Assembly: GCA_947085185.1 (NCBI GenBank)
Contig: CAMTVK010000021.1
Coordinates: 1-64,000, forward strand
Direction of reading: 5' to 3'
Length of the DNA: 64,000 nt
Source: Candidatus Fraserbacteria bacterium
GTDB taxonomy: Bacteria; Bipolaricaulota; Bipolaricaulia; RBG-16-55-9; DRXL01
Part shown: piece by piece, positions 57,889 through 64,000 of the stretch
Position numbering within the stretch: position 1 is the first letter of the stretch
Layout: the number at the start of each line of letters is the position of its first letter
Made by a program: the position numbers and the translations under genes
The notes under the pieces: generated by a model
What the model saw: the letters and a program-made list of their open reading frames with translations, nothing else
Told to the model about the DNA's origin: nothing
The model's database searches: none

Positions 57889-59010
57889 CTACTTTCCCTT
57901 CCCCAAGAACTCTTTAATAGACTGCAAGATATCTTGGCGATCCGAGATGATGGACGTGACCAGACGGTCGTGCTCTGCCAGACGCTCTTTGAGTTTCATC
58001 AGATGGAGTCCAGGCGAGCGCCGCCCCGGGGTCACCTGCCCGTAGCAGAAGAGATTGACTTTAGGGAGCAACTGATCATGCAAGAGCGGCACACAGGCAT
58101 CTTCGGTGTCGCCGATCCAGTTCTCCCCATCGCTGAAGTGGAACACGTAGATATTCCAAGAGTGGGGGGGATAGCGCCGATCAATGATGCGGTTGCACAG
58201 CTCGTATGCGGAGCTGATGCGCGTGCCCCCGCCCGTGCTCAAACTATAGAAGTCATCTTCGTTGACTTCTTGCGCTTCGTAGTCATGGAGGATATAGACT
58301 CGGTCTACGTTCTTGTAGTTGGTGCGGAGCCAGAGATCAATCCACCAGTTCTCTTGGCGGATGATCTCGGTCTTCTCGCCGGACATCGAGCCGGAGGCAT
58401 CTCGGATGAAGAGGATGACGCAGTTGGCTTCTGGGGACTCGCTGGGGGTGCCGTGGAGATAGCGCATGTCTTCTTTGATCGGGGTCACGATGATCGTATC
58501 GGAGGGGCCAGAAGATGGGGTCAAGAGCATATGGCGCAGGAGTCCTCTCCGAAAGGCGCGGCGCTTCATGAGCAAGGCCTCCGGCCCCACGGTGGCGACG
58601 TCCTCGTACTCCTCGCTCCCGCTGAGGACGTGCTTATGGCCCTTGGGTTGGATTTTAGGCAGCTCCAGCTCTTCTCCCAAGATCTCCGCGAGCTCCCTGA
58701 TCTCGATCTCGACCTCGCGGAAGTGCGGGCCGGGCCCGTAGCCGGCGTGGCCGTTCCCGTTCCCATCTTGTGTGGGAGCGAGCTGGATCGGCTCACCGAT
58801 CTCGCCCTCGCCTGCCCCGATGCCTCCTTGCTCGCGAGGGTCGTAGCGAAATTGCGGGATGCGAATAGATTTTATGGGGACTCGCACGATTCGTGAGCCC
58901 TTCTGGCCCACGATCGAGCCATTCTCGATCAGCTCTTTCAGATTCTTGCGGATCTCCCCGCGCACGATCTTCTTAAAGCGTTCTAAGTCTTTGAGAATGC
59001 GCTTGGGCAT
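57889..59010 (-). CDS. YeaH/YhbH (DUF444) family protein
   Basis: LELP.I.PKG, D.SGSM, GGT.ISSAY, WNIY.FHFSDGEN motifs; start placed at 59010. Confidence 0.92.
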   Translation of the reverse strand: MPKRILKDLERFKKIVRGEIRKNLKELIENGSIVGQKGSRIVRVPIKSIRIPQFRYDPREQGGIGAGEGEIGEPIQLAPTQDGNGNGHAGYGPGPHFREVEIEIRELAEILGEELELPKIQPKGHKHVLSGSEEYEDVATVGPEALLMKRRAFRRGLLRHMLLTPSSGPSDTIIVTPIKEDMRYLHGTPSESPEANCVILFIRDASGSMSGEKTEIIRQENWWIDLWLRTNYKNVDRVYILHDYEAQEVNEDDFYSLSTGGGTRISSAYELCNRIIDRRYPPHSWNIYVFHFSDGENWIGDTEDACVPLLHDQLLPKVNLFCYGQVTPGRRSPGLHLMKLKERLAEHDRLVTSIISDRQDILQSIKEFLGKGK

Positions 59011-59015
59011 AGGCT

Positions 59016-61082
59016 TCACACTCTGCGGCTCTCGCGTTCCTCCAGCTCTTCGCGGGCGACCTCCGCGCCGGCATAGTCGATGACGTTCTCGGCGCAGACG
59101 TCGCAGTAGCCGTATTCGCTCTTGAGACGCTCGATCCATTCGGCTTTGCGGCGCTTGTGTTCAGGATCGGTCGTCTTGTCGCTGACCATCGCCGTGAAGT
59201 TAATATTGTGCTTCTTATCTTCCCAGAGTTTCTTCTCGAGAGCTCTTCTTAAGCGATCGTTCTGTTCGGGGTTGAACGGCTCGCCCTTGCGGGCGCGCTC
59301 GCTGATCCAGTTGGAGATCTCTTGTCTGAAGTCGTCCTTCTGCGCTTCGGTGATCCCGATCTGCTTCTCGATAGAACGCATGAACTCTTCGTCCGGCTCC
59401 ATCTCTTCTCCCGTATAGCGATCTTCGACTTTCTCGTCGTTGAGATAGGCCATGACGTGATCTAAATATTTCTGTCCGACTTGGCGCAGTTCGTCGGGGT
59501 CGTGGCTGATGACGCGACGGACTTCTTCTTGACAGATGGCCGACAGCTCTTCTTTGACTTGCTCGATATATTCTTTGTACTCTTCAATGCGGTTCTCGTC
59601 CACCCCAGGGTGATGAGCTAAGTTGTCTTCGAGCATGGCCAGGACGCGATAGGGGTTGATGCAGCCCTCCACGTCGTTGACGAGCGCCTTGCTGATCATG
59701 TCAATGACGTAGCGGGGGCTGATGCCGAAGAAGCCCTCTTCGCCTTTGGCCTCTTCCATAATCTTCTTGACGTCCACGGTGCGATTGGGGATAGATTCCC
59801 CATCGTAGATTTTGGCCTTCTGCAAGATCGAGATATCTGCACCTGGCTCCTCAAGGCGCGTCAAGACCGCCCAGAGCGCGGCCATCTCCAGCGTATGCGG
59901 CGCGATATGCTTGCCCCACACACGATTCTTGCCGAAGAATTTTCTGTAGATGCGCTCTTCGTCGGACTTGCGCAAGACGTATGGGATATCGATCTTGCGG
60001 GTGCGGTCGTTGAACGCTTCCATCTTTTCGTTGCTTTTGACGCGCTTGTATTCGGGGCTGTTGGTGCGCCCCAAAATGACCGTGTCGATATCGATGCGTG
60101 GGTTTTTCTTGGGCTTGATCACGTGCTCTTGGGTGGCGTGCAAAAAGTCATAGAGAAATTCTTCTTGGAGCTTGAGCAGCTCTTCGCCGTCGAAGATGCC
60201 CCGGTTGGCGACACAGAGTTCTCCATCGTAGTTAAACGCTCGTGGGTCGGAGTCGCTGCCGTAGACCTGCACCAATCTCCAATTGAGCCCGCCGGTCAGT
60301 TCCTCTTCGTCTTGGTTCTTTTTATCTTTGGGCTCGAAGGTCGCGATGCCCCGACGATCCTTTTCGCTCAAGATAAGCCGTCGCACCGTCACGTGCTTGA
60401 GGACTTTCTCTAAGTCATCTTCATACAGTCTCATAAAGCGATTGAAGTAGAACCGGCACTTGGGGCACAGATCTCCCTCGACGCGCAGCTCGTATTCGCC
60501 GTGATATTTCTCTTTGAAGATGCGGTTGAGATCGGTTAGGATCTTTTGGCGCATCTCCATGGGGATGAGCCGCAGGGGCTCTTCGAAGATCGGGCAGGGG
60601 ACGACATCGGTGGGTTCGTCGTCGAAGTCTGAGACGTCCCATTCGAAGGTGTAGAGCCGGCCCTCATCGGTCTTGGAATACTCTTCGAGGCCACGGCGGA
60701 AGAGCCGCCCGATGGTGGACTTGCTGGTCGCAACAGGCCCATGCAGCAAGATAACCCGACGATCCGGCCCTAATCCCTTCGCGGCGGCGTTGAGCGTGTC
60801 CACGAGATTTTTCAGAGATTCGTCGATCCCATAGATGGCGTCCTCGCCCTTGCCGAAGGGATCATCGAAGAGGTTATAGCGAATCACTTCCTTGTCGTGG
60901 ACTTTGGCGATATGAGTGCCGTGGCTGAGGATCATGTCATAGAGCCGTTGGTACGCATTGCGCACCAACCGTGGATCCTCAAAGACCATCTGCAGATACT
61001 CTTCAAACGAAATCGGACGATACTTATCGCGGACTTGGGTCTCTTTGAGCTCCCGCGTGATCTCGCGCACGATGCTCTCCAT
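59016..61082 (-). CDS. prkA: PrkA/YeaG-family serine protein kinase (AAA)
   Basis: LHGPVATSKST, SDPRAF.YDGE..ANRG, ISPRY motifs; GGAGG RBS 8 nt before the ATG at 61082. Confidence 0.93.
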   Translation of the reverse strand: MESIVREITRELKETQVRDKYRPISFEEYLQMVFEDPRLVRNAYQRLYDMILSHGTHIAKVHDKEVIRYNLFDDPFGKGEDAIYGIDESLKNLVDTLNAAAKGLGPDRRVILLHGPVATSKSTIGRLFRRGLEEYSKTDEGRLYTFEWDVSDFDDEPTDVVPCPIFEEPLRLIPMEMRQKILTDLNRIFKEKYHGEYELRVEGDLCPKCRFYFNRFMRLYEDDLEKVLKHVTVRRLILSEKDRRGIATFEPKDKKNQDEEELTGGLNWRLVQVYGSDSDPRAFNYDGELCVANRGIFDGEELLKLQEEFLYDFLHATQEHVIKPKKNPRIDIDTVILGRTNSPEYKRVKSNEKMEAFNDRTRKIDIPYVLRKSDEERIYRKFFGKNRVWGKHIAPHTLEMAALWAVLTRLEEPGADISILQKAKIYDGESIPNRTVDVKKIMEEAKGEEGFFGISPRYVIDMISKALVNDVEGCINPYRVLAMLEDNLAHHPGVDENRIEEYKEYIEQVKEELSAICQEEVRRVISHDPDELRQVGQKYLDHVMAYLNDEKVEDRYTGEEMEPDEEFMRSIEKQIGITEAQKDDFRQEISNWISERARKGEPFNPEQNDRLRRALEKKLWEDKKHNINFTAMVSDKTTDPEHKRRKAEWIERLKSEYGYCDVCAENVIDYAGAEVAREELEERESRRV

Positions 61083-61278
61083 GCCTGTCACCTCCTGTGC
61101 TCTATTATAGCAGAACTCGGGAGTCCTGGGACGCTGAGCCTGCTTGCTCGCCGGCCTATCATAGCTATTATATATCGCTTATGCAGGACGAAGTTCCCTC
61201 CTCTGCCGAGACAAATTTCTGAGGGAGGGGGTTGACTTTCTCTGTGACTTGCGCTACTCTTACACCGATGAGGTGGAT

Positions 61279-62493
61279 GTGATTCAGAGCCGGAGAAGAC
61301 GAGCCGAACAACGACATCGCGTGCTCAGTCTTGTGCTCCTTCTTGTTGGTTCTCTTGCCGTGAGTGCGGCCGGCTACTGGTGGTACACGAGCCGGATCGC
61401 TTCTGCTCCGCTGCCGGAGCGTGTCCACGTCTTAGTGTTAGGCCTGGACTATGTGCCGGGAGCCGCGGCGCGCCGCAGCGATACGATCTTCGTGGCCAGC
61501 CTCCGCCAAGGCGATGTGCGCCTGTTGGCCATCCCTCGAGATACCCACATGAAATTCCCCGATGGGCGCGTGGAGAAAGTCAACGCGGCGTATGCGCTGG
61601 GGGGAGCAGAGCTGGCGCGCCGGGTCATCTCCAATTTTTTGGGGATCGAGATCAAATATTATATCGTCATTGATTACGAGGGCTTTGAGAAGCTGGTGGA
61701 CTTAGTCGGCGGGGTGACGATCTCTGTCGAAAAGCCCTTAAAAGACGACAAGACCAAGCCCCCTATTGACATTGCGGCGGGGACGCAGAAGCTCGATGGG
61801 AAGAGGGCGCTCGCCTATGTTCGGTATAGGGATACCCTCACGGGCGATCTGGGGCGGCTGCAGCGCCAGCGCCAGCTCTTAGAAGCCCTCCTGAAAGAAC
61901 GCGATAGGTCCCTCAGCAACCTCCAGCAGCTCGTCACGACCGCGCAGAAGTTCATCGAGACCAACCTTGCGCCGGTCTTGTTGTATCGCTTGGTGCAGCG
62001 CTTGCAAGACCTCCGTCCTGAGCAAGTACAGATCAAGCAGATTCCTGGGGAGGCCATCTGTAAATCAGCTCAAGAAGGGGGCTGCTATGTTGAGCCGGAT
62101 CCGGTGCGCACGGCGCAGCTGGTCAATAAGATGCTGCGCGGGCTGGATGTGGTCACGGCTGATGAGGTTCGCATTAAAGTCTTAAACGGCTCCGGGGTGA
62201 CAGGGATAGCACGGCGCGTCAGCGAGCTGTTGCGCAACGAAGGGTTCTCTGTAGTATATACGGGCAACGCGGACCGATTCGATTACACGCAAAGTTATAT
62301 GATAGACATCACGGGTGATGCGAGGAAGATCGAGCTGGTGCGGGAGCGCAGCCTGCGGAGTCTGTGGAAGGTGGTCAAGCCAGACGAGCTGGCCGCAACG
62401 ATGAAGGGGTTGGCGGCCAAGGGCGTCACCGGTGCTGGCGCCGATCTTTTGCTCATCATCGGGCAAGATTTTCAGCTCCCTGAGAAAAAATAA
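61279..62493 (+). CDS. LCP (LytR-CpsA-Psr) family protein with LytR C-terminal domain
   Basis: TM helix, LVLGLD, RSDT, IPRDT, K.NAAY, R.R...D.GR..RQ, VLNGSG..G.A motifs. Confidence 0.92.
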   Translation: MIQSRRRRAEQRHRVLSLVLLLVGSLAVSAAGYWWYTSRIASAPLPERVHVLVLGLDYVPGAAARRSDTIFVASLRQGDVRLLAIPRDTHMKFPDGRVEKVNAAYALGGAELARRVISNFLGIEIKYYIVIDYEGFEKLVDLVGGVTISVEKPLKDDKTKPPIDIAAGTQKLDGKRALAYVRYRDTLTGDLGRLQRQRQLLEALLKERDRSLSNLQQLVTTAQKFIETNLAPVLLYRLVQRLQDLRPEQVQIKQIPGEAICKSAQEGGCYVEPDPVRTAQLVNKMLRGLDVVTADEVRIKVLNGSGVTGIARRVSELLRNEGFSVVYTGNADRFDYTQSYMIDITGDARKIELVRERSLRSLWKVVKPDELAATMKGLAAKGVTGAGADLLLIIGQDFQLPEKK

Positions 62494-62873
62494 TGAAATC
62501 TCCAGCCCTCGAACTGGATACGGAGAGAACCTTGCGAGAGCTCGTGGCGCTCATCGCCGAGAAGAAGGGCGAGCAGACGGTCATCTTAGACATGCGGGGG
62601 TTTTCGATCCCTACGGATTTCTTCATCATCACGCATGGGGAAAACCCCAAGCACGTGAAAGCCATTGCGGAGAACATCGTGGAGAAATTCCCCAAGGAGA
62701 TCGTGCGTTCGGAGGGGTGGGAGTCCAAGAATTGGATCGTCTTAGACTACGGGGACATGATTATCCATATCTTTCAGAAGGAGCTACGACGCTTCTATGA
62801 CTTAGAGGGGCTATGGGGGGATGTTCCTGTGCACCTTGGCTTAGAGAGTGATTCCCCCAAGCTCGTCGCATAA
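62493..62873 (+). CDS. rsfS: Ribosome silencing factor
   Basis: EKKG...ILD, DFFII, WIVLDYGD.IIHIF....R.FYDLE.LW motifs. Confidence 0.95.
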   Translation: MKSPALELDTERTLRELVALIAEKKGEQTVILDMRGFSIPTDFFIITHGENPKHVKAIAENIVEKFPKEIVRSEGWESKNWIVLDYGDMIIHIFQKELRRFYDLEGLWGDVPVHLGLESDSPKLVA

Positions 62874-62887
62874 AAAAGTAGCGGGCC

Positions 62888-62916
62888 TTGACAAGCTCCT
62901 CCCCCCATGGTATAAT
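62888..62916 (+). promoter_or_regulatory. Consensus sigma70 promoter of the 23S rRNA gene
   Basis: TTGACA (62888-62893), 17 nt spacer, TATAAT (62911-62916); boxA/processing-stem-like GATCCTTGAAAAGTGAATAG follows at about 62953. Confidence 0.88.
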
Positions 62917-62986
62917 ACCAGCACCCCACGCTCGGGATATGGGCGTTCTTTCGATCCTTGAAAAGTGAATAGAGTGCATCACATCG

Positions 62987-64000
<1,014 letters not shown>

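Noticed and set aside
57934..58896. 320-aa plus-strand ORF
   Set aside because: Antisense shadow of the YeaH/YhbH gene, expected in GC-rich DNA; the same applies to many other antisense ORFs in the track.
61096..61250. Possible structured RNA between prkA and the LCP gene
   Set aside because: Only a weak CCCTCC/GGAGGG pairing amid divergent promoters; no recognisable RNA family.

Overview
A 64 kb stretch of bacterial chromosome, mostly GC-rich and densely coding. Gene style suggests a thermophilic candidate-phylum organism such as Bipolaricaulota/Acetothermia, which is inference only. Most of it is housekeeping or metabolism: ahcY, mnmA, nadBCA, prfA, alaS, a membrane pyrophosphatase, CCA-adding enzyme, alr, lon, a TPP-riboswitch-controlled thiBPQ, prkA-yeaH-spoVR-apbE, an LCP protein and rsfS. 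There is also an aldehyde dehydrogenase/alcohol dehydrogenase/SCP2/enolase-superfamily cluster next to a Liv-type ABC transporter. The rRNA operon is split: a 23S gene (partial, at the window end) has its own consensus promoter and no upstream 16S, and it carries two extra hairpins. The tRNA-Ile/tRNA-Ala pair normally found in the 16S-23S spacer sits about 50 kb away, with an inverted-repeat-flanked four-helix-bundle (IVS protein) fragment between the two tRNAs. Accessory patches are: divergent HEPN/MNT pairs; a duplicated antitoxin-relE-promoter cassette holding an AT-rich PD-(D/E)xK-like gene fused to an antitoxin tail; and a hicB/hicA remnant followed by a PRTase-DprA-(PUA/EVE-like + DUF559 nuclease) operon that is a candidate defence system. 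Two toxin genes are inactivated by similar internal deletions. Unannotated acidic and basic microproteins and many apparently leaderless genes are present. No CRISPR array, transposase, integrase or reverse transcriptase was seen.
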